A stretch of 44,055 nt of DNA, from assembly GCA_963639645.1 (NCBI GenBank), contig CAVHWG010000018.1:1-44055 (forward strand). The letters run 5' to 3'. The notes beneath the pieces are model-generated. The model worked only from the letters and a program-made list of their open reading frames with translations, was not told where the DNA came from and made no database searches. The position numbers and the translations under genes are program-made. Positions within the stretch are counted from its first letter, which is position 1. The number at the start of each line of letters is the position of its first letter. Positions 27,030-35,999 of the stretch are shown here, one piece after another. This DNA is from Firmicutes bacterium TM09-10 (GTDB taxonomy: Bacteria > Bacillota > Clostridia > Lachnospirales > Lachnospiraceae).

Positions 27030-27914
27030 TTATTTTAATCCGCCGCCGTTTAAGACAAACTGTCGAAAGCTTCGTACGGCAGGCGACAGATACACCTGAT
27101 CGTCATTGACCATGTAGAAATTGCGCTCCCACACCGGCGAGCTGATCTGTATGATTTTGATGTCCAGCTTCATTAACATATCCATATACGGCACGACCGC
27201 GATCCCGAATCCCTGTGCCACAAGTCCCGCGATTACTTCGTCCTCCTCTGTCTCATAGGCAATCTGAGGCTTATCCCCGATCTTTGAAAAAAGGCGGTCA
27301 ACGACATTGCGCATGCCGGAGCCTTCCGAAAAATAGACATGCGGATACGGCAGTGTCTCCGACAATTCAATGGAATGCTTGTTTGCGAGCGGATGATGGC
27401 GCGGCACGATCAGCACCAGATCCTGCTTTTCGACCGGGATGGATGTAAAATCATACTCGTCCGACGGCTGCGAGCAGAAAACCAGATCATATTTATGGGT
27501 GGAAAGCCCGTCTAATAATTCCGAAGTAACTCCCGTATGATACGAAAACTGAATTTCACGATCCGGATTCTCCGCCAGAAAACGCGCGGTAATGCGCGGA
27601 ATATAATCGATTCCGAGCGTACGCAGCAGTCCGAGGCGGATGAGTCCGTCGCCTTTGGCGCTCCGCTGGAGGGAGGCGATTCCGGCATCCAGCGTCTCAA
27701 GTGTGTGCTCGGCACAGTCCAAAAATTCTTCGCCAAAACGTGTCAGTGTTGTGTTTCGTCCGCTTTTTTCAAAGAGGGGAACACCCAGTTCCGACTCCAG
27801 TTGGCTGATCGCGTGGCTTAAGCTTGGCTGCGTGATGCAAAGCTGCTCCGCAGTCTTCGTATAGTGTTGAATGTGAGCGAGTTTCACAAAGTAGCGCAAC
27901 TGATATAGATTCAT
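27030..27914 (-). CDS. LysR family regulator (QuiR-like)
   Basis: MNLYQLRYF..ITQPSLSHAISQLESELGVPLF; divergent from the shikimate cluster. Confidence 0.93.
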   Translation of the reverse strand: MNLYQLRYFVKLAHIQHYTKTAEQLCITQPSLSHAISQLESELGVPLFEKSGRNTTLTRFGEEFLDCAEHTLETLDAGIASLQRSAKGDGLIRLGLLRTLGIDYIPRITARFLAENPDREIQFSYHTGVTSELLDGLSTHKYDLVFCSQPSDEYDFTSIPVEKQDLVLIVPRHHPLANKHSIELSETLPYPHVYFSEGSGMRNVVDRLFSKIGDKPQIAYETEEDEVIAGLVAQGFGIAVVPYMDMLMKLDIKIIQISSPVWERNFYMVNDDQVYLSPAVRSFRQFVLNGGGLK

Positions 27915-27958
27915 AAAAATTCTCCCAGATAATCCTTTTGTTCATAATAGCATGTTTG

Positions 27959-27973
27959 ATAGATAAAATCTAT
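27959..27973. promoter_or_regulatory. LysR box (T-N11-A palindrome)
   Basis: ATAGAT-AAA-ATCTAT in the divergent LysR/MFS intergenic region. Confidence 0.75.
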
Positions 27974-28060
27974 TGTTTTATAAAAATTATTAATTTGTTT
28001 CTATGCGCAATTCTCGTTAAAGTAAAGGCAGATAAGCAAAACGAGAGGAGAAGAAACCTT

Positions 28061-29263
28061 ATGAATCAAGCTACGGAATCCAAACGGTATTATCCGACAG
28101 CCTTAGCACTGTACATCACGTACTTTGTATTGGGAATTGCTGCTTCCATTATGGGACAGTACAAACAGAATTTTGCGGCGATGTGGAATGCGGGAACAAT
28201 GGCAGACGGAAGTTACGACGTCTCGGGTGTTGTTGCCGTCATTGCAGCGATCGGTCTGGGCCGCCTGATCGCATTTCCGATCTCGGGCCCGCTTTCCGAC
28301 CGGCTCGGCCGCAGACTTTCCGCACTCATCGGATGCGGATGTTACACCATCTTTTTATTGACCATTTCGTTCTGCCCAAACATGTATTTAGGGTATGCAC
28401 TTGCGGTACTCAGCGGAATGGCGAACTCATTCTTAGACACAAGTATTACACCGTCCTGTATGGAGATCTTCAAAGAAAAAGGAACGGTTGCCAACATTTT
28501 TACCAAGATGTCGGTATCGATTGCACAGTTTTTACTGCCTTTTGCCATCAGTTTTGTCGCAGTAGAACACCTGCCGTTCCATACGATTTTCCTATGTACA
28601 GCCATACTGATCTTCGTGGACGGTGTATTTCTTGCTTTTTTACCTTTCCCTCCATTTGAAAAAGCGGAGAAAGGCAAAGCAAAAGATCACATGAAATTCA
28701 CACCGGCAGCCATCATTTTGATCTGCCTTGGATTTACCAGCTCATCCACCTTTATGATCTGGATGAACTGCAATCAGGAACTCGGACTTTTGTACGGTCT
28801 GAGCGATCCGAGCAAGATACAGTCATTTTACTCGGTCGGAATCATCTGTGCATTGTTTGTCAGTGCGGCACTGTTGAGCCGCAACGTGCCACCGGTCAAC
28901 ATTCTGATCGGCTATCCGCTTATGGCATTGATAACACTGGGCGCGATCTATCTGATCCAGAAGCCTTTCATGTGTCTGCTCGGCGGATTCTTAATTGGAT
29001 TCTTCGCAGCGGGCGGCGTGCTTCAGCTTGTGACGGCGGTTGCCAATGAGATGTTTGAGAAACACCGCGGCAAGATTACCTCGATCGTTATGATCGCATC
29101 AAGCGTGGCAAATTATCTGACCATCAGTGTGGCGGGTGTGCTGACGCGCGTCGGCGGCGTACAGGGCCCGAGATGGGTACTGCTTTTTAATATGATACTG
29201 ACACTCGTAGGAGTGTTACTTGCAATTCTGCTCAAGAAGATTCAGAAGGCAGAGAACCAATAA
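28061..29263 (+). CDS. MFS transporter (YdiM/YdiN-like)
   Basis: About 12 TM helices and motif A GPLSDRLGRR; RBS GAGGAG. Confidence 0.9.
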   Translation: MNQATESKRYYPTALALYITYFVLGIAASIMGQYKQNFAAMWNAGTMADGSYDVSGVVAVIAAIGLGRLIAFPISGPLSDRLGRRLSALIGCGCYTIFLLTISFCPNMYLGYALAVLSGMANSFLDTSITPSCMEIFKEKGTVANIFTKMSVSIAQFLLPFAISFVAVEHLPFHTIFLCTAILIFVDGVFLAFLPFPPFEKAEKGKAKDHMKFTPAAIILICLGFTSSSTFMIWMNCNQELGLLYGLSDPSKIQSFYSVGIICALFVSAALLSRNVPPVNILIGYPLMALITLGAIYLIQKPFMCLLGGFLIGFFAAGGVLQLVTAVANEMFEKHRGKITSIVMIASSVANYLTISVAGVLTRVGGVQGPRWVLLFNMILTLVGVLLAILLKKIQKAENQ

Positions 29264-29295
29264 AATTATTTCATTATTCAGAGGAGGAATTTAAG

Positions 29296-30141
29296 ATGTC
29301 AAAGAAATATCCACTTACGATCAGCTCATGGACATTGGGCGATCAGTGTACATTTGAGGAGCGTGTGAAAGCCGCAAAGGAGGCGGGATTCGAGGGAATC
29401 GGACTTCGTGCGGAGACATACGTGGACGCATTAAACGAGGGCTTGTTCGACGAGGACATCCTTGCGATCCTGGACAAGTATGATATGAAGGTAACCGAGG
29501 TTGAGTACATTGTGCAGTGGGCAGAGGAACACCGTTCTTACGAGCAGAAGTACAAGGAGCAGATGTGCTTCCATATGTGTGATCTGTTCGGCGTGAACCA
29601 CATCAACTGCGGACTTATGGAGGATTACTCGGTAGAATATACGGCACAGAAGCTGCGAGAGCTGTGCGCCCGTGCCGGAAAATACACGATCGGTGTGGAG
29701 CCGATGCCGTACAGTGGACTTCCGGATGTGAAGAAAGCATGGGCAGTTGTCGAGGCTTCGGGCTGTGACAATGCAAAGCTGATCCTTGACTCATGGCACT
29801 GGGTCCGTGCCGGACAGTCTTACGATCCGTCCGTTCTTGCCGATGTTCCGGCAGACAAGGTCGTATCCATCCAGATCAACGATGTACAGGCTCACCCGTA
29901 TGCAACATCCATCCTTCGCGATGAGTCCATGCATGACCGAATGATCCCGGGAACCGGACATGGCGATACCGCAGGATTCGTCAAGATGATCGTGGACAAA
30001 GGCATTGATCCGAAGGTTGTCGGTGTCGAAGTCATCAGTGATGAGGTTCTCTCGCACGGTGTGGCAGAAGCTGCAAAAGAAAATTACGAAGCAACATCCG
30101 CAGTACTCAGCGAAGTATGGCCGGAAGTATTGGAAGCATAG
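29296..30141 (+). CDS. Sugar-phosphate isomerase/epimerase TIM barrel, QuiC2 (Lmo2234)-like 3-dehydroshikimate dehydratase
   Basis: TISSWTLG, GIGLRAETYVDAL, KVTEVEYI, HINCGL, EPMPYSG, DSWHW and GVEVISD closely follow Listeria Lmo2234 as recalled. Confidence 0.75.
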   Translation: MSKKYPLTISSWTLGDQCTFEERVKAAKEAGFEGIGLRAETYVDALNEGLFDEDILAILDKYDMKVTEVEYIVQWAEEHRSYEQKYKEQMCFHMCDLFGVNHINCGLMEDYSVEYTAQKLRELCARAGKYTIGVEPMPYSGLPDVKKAWAVVEASGCDNAKLILDSWHWVRAGQSYDPSVLADVPADKVVSIQINDVQAHPYATSILRDESMHDRMIPGTGHGDTAGFVKMIVDKGIDPKVVGVEVISDEVLSHGVAEAAKENYEATSAVLSEVWPEVLEA

Positions 30142-30159
30142 AACAGGAGGAAAATTATC

Positions 30160-31029
30160 ATGGCAAATCAGATTACAGGACACACAAGACTTTACTGTCT
30201 GATCGGCTCACCGGTCGGACATTCCGGAAGCCCGGCAATGTACAATTACAGTTTTGAGAGCGTTGGCGAGGACGGCGCATATCTCGCATTCGACGTGCCG
30301 CTCGATCATCTTGCTGAGGGCATCGCAGCGATCAAGACTTTCAATGTAAAAGGCTTTAATATCACCATGCCGGACAAGACCGCAGTCATCGAGTATCTCG
30401 ATGAGGTGACACCGGCAGCGCAGCTCATCGGCGCATGCAACACTGTTACTGTTTCCGAGGACGGCAAGATGACCGGACACAACACCGATGGAATTGGCTT
30501 TGTCCGCAATCTTCAGGAGAACGGTGTCGAGGTAAAAGGCAAGAAGATCGTTGTACTCGGAACCGGCGGCGCAGCCACCGCGATCTGTGTGCAGGCAGCA
30601 CTCGACGGAGCCGCAGAGATCGCCATCTTTAACCCGACAGACTCTTTCTATGAGAATGGATTAAAGACTGTTGAGCGTCTTTCCAAAGCGGTACCGGGAT
30701 GCCATATGAGCATGAACGACATTGCAGATACAGAACTGTTAAAGAGTGCAGTCGATGGCGCAGACATTCTTGTCAACGCAACCAAGGTTGGCATGAAGCC
30801 GATGGAGAAAGAGACACTGATCGACAAGTCCTGGTTCCGCCCGGAACTTGTTGTCGCTGATACCGTATATAATCCACGCGAGACACGCATGATCATGGAA
30901 GCAAAGGAAGCCGGATGCAAGGCGATCGGCGGTATCGGAATGCTTCTGTGGCAGGGCGCTGCGGCATTCAAGCTTTTCACTGGAAAAGATATGCCGGCAG
31001 AGGAAGTCATGGAGAAGTTTTTCTCATAA
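30160..31029 (+). CDS. aroE: Shikimate/quinate dehydrogenase (YdiB/QuiB-type)
   Basis: HSGSPAMYN, NITMPDK, GACNT, GHNTDG, GTGGAA and GMLLWQG motifs. Confidence 0.92.
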   Translation: MANQITGHTRLYCLIGSPVGHSGSPAMYNYSFESVGEDGAYLAFDVPLDHLAEGIAAIKTFNVKGFNITMPDKTAVIEYLDEVTPAAQLIGACNTVTVSEDGKMTGHNTDGIGFVRNLQENGVEVKGKKIVVLGTGGAATAICVQAALDGAAEIAIFNPTDSFYENGLKTVERLSKAVPGCHMSMNDIADTELLKSAVDGADILVNATKVGMKPMEKETLIDKSWFRPELVVADTVYNPRETRMIMEAKEAGCKAIGGIGMLLWQGAAAFKLFTGKDMPAEEVMEKFFS

Positions 31030-31059
31030 AATTGGATGATAAAGCTGGGAGAGAAGAAT

Positions 31060-32988
31060 ATGAAGTTTCCAAATATGTTTAGTCCTATCTGCATCGGCAA
31101 TGTGACCGTACCGAACCGTTTCGTTGTACCGCCGATGGGAAATAATTTTGCAAATACAGACGGAACACTCAGCGAGCGTTCCAAAGCCTACTATCAGGAG
31201 CGAGCCAAGGGCGGCTTCGGATTGATCACGATCGAGTCGACCGTTGTCTATCAGGAGGCCAAAGGCGGGCCGAGAAAGCCATGCCTTTTCTCCGATGATA
31301 CGGTGGAAAGTTTCCGCGAGGTAGCGGATGCCTGCCACGAGTACGGTGCAAAAGTGTCGATCCAGTTGCAGCACGCAGGTCCGGAAGGTAACTCTAAGCT
31401 GACCGGTTATCCGCTGAAAGCAGCGAGCGCGATGTCGGCAGCCTGTGGAAGAGAGGTGCCGGAGGCAGTATCCAACGAGGAGATCTACCGCATCATCGAA
31501 TGCTACGGTGATGCTGCAAGACGTGCGCAGCAGGCGGGAATCGATATGGTCGAAGTGCACTGTGCACACGGCTATCTGGTCAGCACATTCATCTCAGAGC
31601 GCACGAACCACCGCACGGATGAGTTCGGCGGATGTTTTGAGAATCGTATGCGCCTTCCGCGCCTGATCATCGAGAATATCCGTAAGAAGACCGGCGGCAA
31701 TCTCCCGATCCTCTGTCGTATCAACGCAAGTGATGAGGTTGAGGGCGGACAGAGCGTGCAGGATGCAGCAGCCGTAGCCGCATATCTTGAGGAAGAATGC
31801 GGTGTTGACGCACTCAACATTACGCGTGCCGTACATCTTCACGATGAGTTCATGTGGGCACCGGGCGTGACTCACGGTGGCTTCAATGCAGACCTTGTCA
31901 GTGAGATCAAGCGTGCGGTAACTGTTCCGGTGATCGCTGTGGGCCGTTTTACCGAGCCGCAGTATGCGGAACTTCTTGTAAAGCAGGGACGCACGGATCT
32001 GGTCGCTTTCGGACGTCAGAGTATTGCAGATCCGGAGCTGCCGAACAAAGCAAGAACCGGACGCCTTGAGGAGATGATGCCTTGTATCGGATGTCTGCTC
32101 GGCTGCGTTCCGAACATGTTTGCCGGAAAGCCGGTATCCTGTGCCGTCAATCCATGCGTCGGACGTGAGGCGGAGATCACTCCGGCCGAGGTGGCAAAGA
32201 ACGTCGTTGTTGTCGGCGGCGGCCCTGCCGGTTTATATGCCGCAGCACTCTGTGCAAAGAAGGGACACCATGTAACACTTCTTGAAAAAGGCGCAGAACT
32301 TGGCGGAAGCTTCCGCATCGCATCGTTCCCGACCGGAAAGGGACAGCTTTCTTCCGCAATCCGCGCGATGATCGTGCGCTGCGAGAAGGCAGGTGTGGAC
32401 ATCCGGTTAAATACAGAAGCCGATGGGAACACGTTAAAAGAATTACAGGCGGATGCCATCATCCTTGCAACCGGTTCGACTCCTCTGATCCTCCCGATTC
32501 CGGGACTGAAAGAGAGCGGATACGTGACCGCACAGGATATGCTTCTCGGCAAGGCAGAGGTCGGTGAGAAAGTACTTGTTGTCGGTGGTGGAATGGTCGG
32601 ATGCGAGGCTGCGGAATATCTTGCAGAGCGCGGACATGAGGTTGCCATCATTGAGATGAAAGATGTGATCGCGGCGGATGTCGTTCCGGAGAACCGCAGA
32701 TACATGTTTGAGAATTTCAAACGCAACAATGTACAGCTTCAGCCGGGCGCCAGAGTCGGACAGTTCTACACGGACGGTGTTGACTATACGATGGCAGACG
32801 GAAGTGCAGGTTCGCTCCGCGGATTCGACAGTGTAGTCCTCGCGATGGGAACACGCAAGTATGATCCGCTCAGCGAAGCAGCCACATCGGCAGCTAAAGA
32901 AGTGGTTGTGATCGGTGAGGCATTGCAGTCACCGGGCAATGCAGTCGTTGTCACAAAGGATGCGTTTGAGGCTGCCAAGGCGATCTAG
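31060..32988 (+). CDS. NADH:flavin oxidoreductase (OYE-like FMN barrel + 4Fe-4S + FAD)
   Basis: EVHCAHGYL, NHRTDEFGG, CIGCLLGC..CAVNP, GGGPAG and GGGMVG motifs. Confidence 0.92.
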   Translation: MKFPNMFSPICIGNVTVPNRFVVPPMGNNFANTDGTLSERSKAYYQERAKGGFGLITIESTVVYQEAKGGPRKPCLFSDDTVESFREVADACHEYGAKVSIQLQHAGPEGNSKLTGYPLKAASAMSAACGREVPEAVSNEEIYRIIECYGDAARRAQQAGIDMVEVHCAHGYLVSTFISERTNHRTDEFGGCFENRMRLPRLIIENIRKKTGGNLPILCRINASDEVEGGQSVQDAAAVAAYLEEECGVDALNITRAVHLHDEFMWAPGVTHGGFNADLVSEIKRAVTVPVIAVGRFTEPQYAELLVKQGRTDLVAFGRQSIADPELPNKARTGRLEEMMPCIGCLLGCVPNMFAGKPVSCAVNPCVGREAEITPAEVAKNVVVVGGGPAGLYAAALCAKKGHHVTLLEKGAELGGSFRIASFPTGKGQLSSAIRAMIVRCEKAGVDIRLNTEADGNTLKELQADAIILATGSTPLILPIPGLKESGYVTAQDMLLGKAEVGEKVLVVGGGMVGCEAAEYLAERGHEVAIIEMKDVIAADVVPENRRYMFENFKRNNVQLQPGARVGQFYTDGVDYTMADGSAGSLRGFDSVVLAMGTRKYDPLSEAATSAAKEVVVIGEALQSPGNAVVVTKDAFEAAKAI

Positions 32989-33018
32989 TTTAAATTTACT
33001 CTGGTTGGCGTAACCGAT

Positions 33019-33125
33019 CGCCAGCTCCCCAAAGGTTATGTCTGTTATGCCGATGTGGAGCATTGTGCGCAATGCTCAAAGATGCGCCGATCATCATATT
33101 GGATGAGGCAGCTTCCAGTGTCGAT
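33019..33125 (+). pseudogene. Remnant of an ABC exporter ATPase
   Basis: RQLPKGY (33019-33039) and AMLKDAPIIILDEAASSVD (33069-33125, Walker B/D-loop), in different frames. Confidence 0.75.
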
Positions 33126-33154
33126 CTAACAGAATACTGCCTTCATAACGCGCT

Positions 33155-33215
33155 TGACTCCCAAAGAAATTCACTGCATAATTTAATGCAGATGAAAACT
33201 TTGGGGGTCATTTTT
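33155..33215 (+). terminator. Long hairpin terminator overlapping a candidate promoter
   Basis: TGACTCCCAAAG..CTGCAT/ATGCAG..CTTTGGGGGTCA-TTTTT. It also contains TTGACT (33154-33159), 17 bp spacer, CATAAT. Confidence 0.7.
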
Positions 33216-33282
33216 ATTTAAAGAGGGGTTAACATTATGGCAGATACAAGAAAGAAAACAATTCCATTGGAGGACGAATGAA

Positions 33283-34158
33283 ATGGAACGATACGATATT
33301 GTAATTATAGGAACAGGGCCGGCAGGTCTGTCGGCGGCGATTACCGCAAAGGTAAGAAACAAGAAAATCCTGCTGGTCGGATCAAAAGATTTAAGCCCGA
33401 AAGTCGAGAAAGCGCACACGATCCAGAATTATCTGGGCCTGCCGTCTGTCAGTGGTGAGAAGATGGCGGAGGCATTTCAGAAGCATCTTGACGATATGGG
33501 GATTGAGATTACCGAAAAGAAGATCAACACCGTTTATGCGATGGGCGATTATTTCGGTATTCAGACAGGAACCGAGATGTTTGAGGCGGACAGTGTGATC
33601 CTGGCAACAGGAGTCACGATGGACAAACCGCTTCCGGGTGAGAATGAGTTTCTCGGAAGAGGTGTCAGTTACTGTGCAACCTGTGATGCCGCGTTGTACC
33701 GTGGCAGGACGGTGGCGGTCATTGGCTACGGACCGAAGGAAGAGGCGGAAGCGGATTTCCTTGCGGAAGTTGTCGGGAAGGTCTATTACATTCCAATGTA
33801 TAAGGAGCCGTATCATCTGGCGGAGAACATCGAAGTGGTAAAGGAGAAGCCGCTTGAGATTGTTGGGGTGGCATCGGATGCATTATTCGGAGATAAGGTC
33901 GGAGCACTCAGCACAGATGGAGGCGAGTATGCGGTAGATTGTGTTTTTGTATTGCGAGAGAGCATCCTTCCGGAGCATCTGGTTCCGGGACTTGAACTTG
34001 AAGATAACCATGTGAAGGTTGATCTGCAGATGAAAACCAATATTCCGGGCTGTTTTGCGTGCGGTGATATCGCAGGCAAACCGTACCAGTATATCAAGGC
34101 GGCGGGGCAGGGAAACGTTGCGGCATTGTCCGCGGTGGAGTATCTGTCGAAGCGGTAG
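33283..34158 (+). CDS. trxB: Thioredoxin reductase family FAD oxidoreductase
   Basis: GTGPAG, GVSYCATCD and FACGD; RBS GGAGG. Confidence 0.88.
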   Translation: MERYDIVIIGTGPAGLSAAITAKVRNKKILLVGSKDLSPKVEKAHTIQNYLGLPSVSGEKMAEAFQKHLDDMGIEITEKKINTVYAMGDYFGIQTGTEMFEADSVILATGVTMDKPLPGENEFLGRGVSYCATCDAALYRGRTVAVIGYGPKEEAEADFLAEVVGKVYYIPMYKEPYHLAENIEVVKEKPLEIVGVASDALFGDKVGALSTDGGEYAVDCVFVLRESILPEHLVPGLELEDNHVKVDLQMKTNIPGCFACGDIAGKPYQYIKAAGQGNVAALSAVEYLSKR

Positions 34159-34248
34159 AAAATTAAAGTTGTTCGATTGTGTAGTTTTGTAAAACGTAAA
34201 TTTATTGTGCAAAACTGCCAATAAAACGTGTAAAATTTATAAAAAAGT

Positions 34249-34289
34249 GCGCAAGAAGTTTGTAAAAAACGATGTCTTGCGCTTTTTTT
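34249..34289 (+). terminator. Terminator after trxB, overlapping the -35 of the sugar operon
   Basis: GCGCAAGA ... TCTTGCGC-TTTTTTT. Confidence 0.55.
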
Positions 34290-34361
34290 ATGCATATGCT
34301 AATATTAGTTTAACGTTAAACGAAACAAAACAGACAACCCGGGTTAAGTTTAACGCAAAAC
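34277..34361 (+). promoter_or_regulatory. Promoter of the sugar ABC operon with two LacI-type operators
   Basis: TTGCGC, 17 bp spacer, TAATAT (with TGn). Perfect palindrome GTTTAACGTTAAAC at 34308-34321 and GTTTAACGCAAAAC at 34348-34361. Confidence 0.75.
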
Positions 34362-34415
34362 CTATTATTTTATCAACAAAAATATATATTTTGATATTGA
34401 GAAGGGAGCGCAACT

Positions 34416-35867
34416 ATGAAGAAGAAACTTATCAGTGCAATGCTTTGCATGGCAATGGCAGCATCCATGATTCTGACGGGCTGTGGTGGGGGAGATAATA
34501 ACAGCACACCGTCCGACACAAGCAAGAATGAAGCAACCAATCCGACACAGGACGATGGAACCGAAGAGGTAACTTTAACACTTGGTATCTGGCCGGAAGA
34601 TACATTGACCGATGACATTAAGGTGTTTGAGGGTTACGTTGAGACCATGAAGGAAAAGGATCCGAATGTAACATGTGTGCCGGCTTACTATAAATATGCA
34701 ACTGACACATTTATGCCGATGGTTGAGGCAGGTAACTGCCCGACGATTTTTGAGACATGGTTTACCGAGCCGCAGAAGCTGATCAAGGCAGGTGCGGTAG
34801 CGGATATTACCGACGAACTGGAAGCACGCGGATGGCTTGATAAGATGAACCCGTCCATTAAAGAATTACTCTCTGATGAGAACGGAAGAATTTACGGTAT
34901 TCCACGTGACGGATATGCGCTTGGTTTAATGCTTAACGTAGAACTGTTTGAGGAAGCAGGTCTTGTTGATGATGACGGATATCCGATCTATCCAAAGACC
35001 TGGGATGAGCTGGCTGAGACAGCTAAGACGATCAAGGATAAGACCGGTTCCGCAGGAATCTGTCTCCTTGCGAAAGATAATGCCGGTGGATGGCATTTCT
35101 CCAATATTGCATGGGCATTCGGTGCAACATTATGTACCCAGAATGACGACGGAACCTTTACTTCTCATCTTGACTCTGATGAGGCGATCGCAGCAATGGA
35201 ATATGTAAAGTCACTTAAGTGGGATTATGATGTGCTTACCGCTGATCCGCTTTCTGAGGATTGGGGAACCGGATTTACACAGCTTGGAACCGGCGGTGCT
35301 GCAATGTACATTGGTGCAAATGATGCAGTAAATCAGCCGACACAGGTAAACGGTCTTCGTGTCGATAAGCTTGCAATGTGCCCGATTCCTGAAGGCCCTG
35401 GCGGACAGTATTCATTGTACGGTGGTACACCATATATGTTCTCTAAGGATGCAACAGAGGCTGAGATCAACGCAGCACTTGATTTCCTTGAGGTTATGGG
35501 TAAAGCTCCGGTTGCAACCGATGATTCCGTTGCAGGTATGAAAGCGGATGCACAGAACAAAGTAGATCAGGGAGTTCCGGTTATCCAGAGATTCCCATGC
35601 TGGGTTGCACAGGATGTACTTGATGCAGAGGCATCTATCGTAGAAGAGTTCGGAAACGTTGATCCTAAGATGTTCCAGTCATACTTTGATGCAACATCTT
35701 CCGACGGTTTAAGACTCGAGGAGCCTGGCTCGACACAGGATATGTATGCAGAGCTGACCAAGGTGCTTCAGGCGGTTATTACCGACAAGAATGCGGATGT
35801 AGAGGCTCTTATGAAAGAAGCAAATACAAACTATCAGGCAATTCTTGATAATTATTCCGCAGAATAA
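34416..35867 (+). CDS. Carbohydrate ABC transporter solute-binding lipoprotein
   Basis: Lipobox LTGC, NGRIYGIP, LFEEAG and PKTWDEL. Confidence 0.93.
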   Translation: MKKKLISAMLCMAMAASMILTGCGGGDNNSTPSDTSKNEATNPTQDDGTEEVTLTLGIWPEDTLTDDIKVFEGYVETMKEKDPNVTCVPAYYKYATDTFMPMVEAGNCPTIFETWFTEPQKLIKAGAVADITDELEARGWLDKMNPSIKELLSDENGRIYGIPRDGYALGLMLNVELFEEAGLVDDDGYPIYPKTWDELAETAKTIKDKTGSAGICLLAKDNAGGWHFSNIAWAFGATLCTQNDDGTFTSHLDSDEAIAAMEYVKSLKWDYDVLTADPLSEDWGTGFTQLGTGGAAMYIGANDAVNQPTQVNGLRVDKLAMCPIPEGPGGQYSLYGGTPYMFSKDATEAEINAALDFLEVMGKAPVATDDSVAGMKADAQNKVDQGVPVIQRFPCWVAQDVLDAEASIVEEFGNVDPKMFQSYFDATSSDGLRLEEPGSTQDMYAELTKVLQAVITDKNADVEALMKEANTNYQAILDNYSAE

Positions 35868-35886
35868 AAGGCAGTGAAACATAGCA

Positions 35887-35914
35887 AACCGGAACTCCTT
35901 CGGGGGTTCCGGTT
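35887..35914 (+). terminator. UUCG-tetraloop hairpin after the SBP gene (stabiliser / partial terminator)
   Basis: AACCGGAACTCC-TTCG-GGGGTTCCGGTT. Confidence 0.75.
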
Positions 35915-35999
35915 GTTATAAAATGAGGCGTTACGAATGCGTTTTCATAGAAAAAAGGCAAACAAAGCGATGCTATTACAAGATGGAAGGTGTGTGAAC

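Noticed and set aside
33053..33060. ATGTGGAG matching the rlmD HVE codons, as a possible attR
   Set aside because: Only 8 bp, and the following sequence does not resemble an rlmD terminus; chance is likely.
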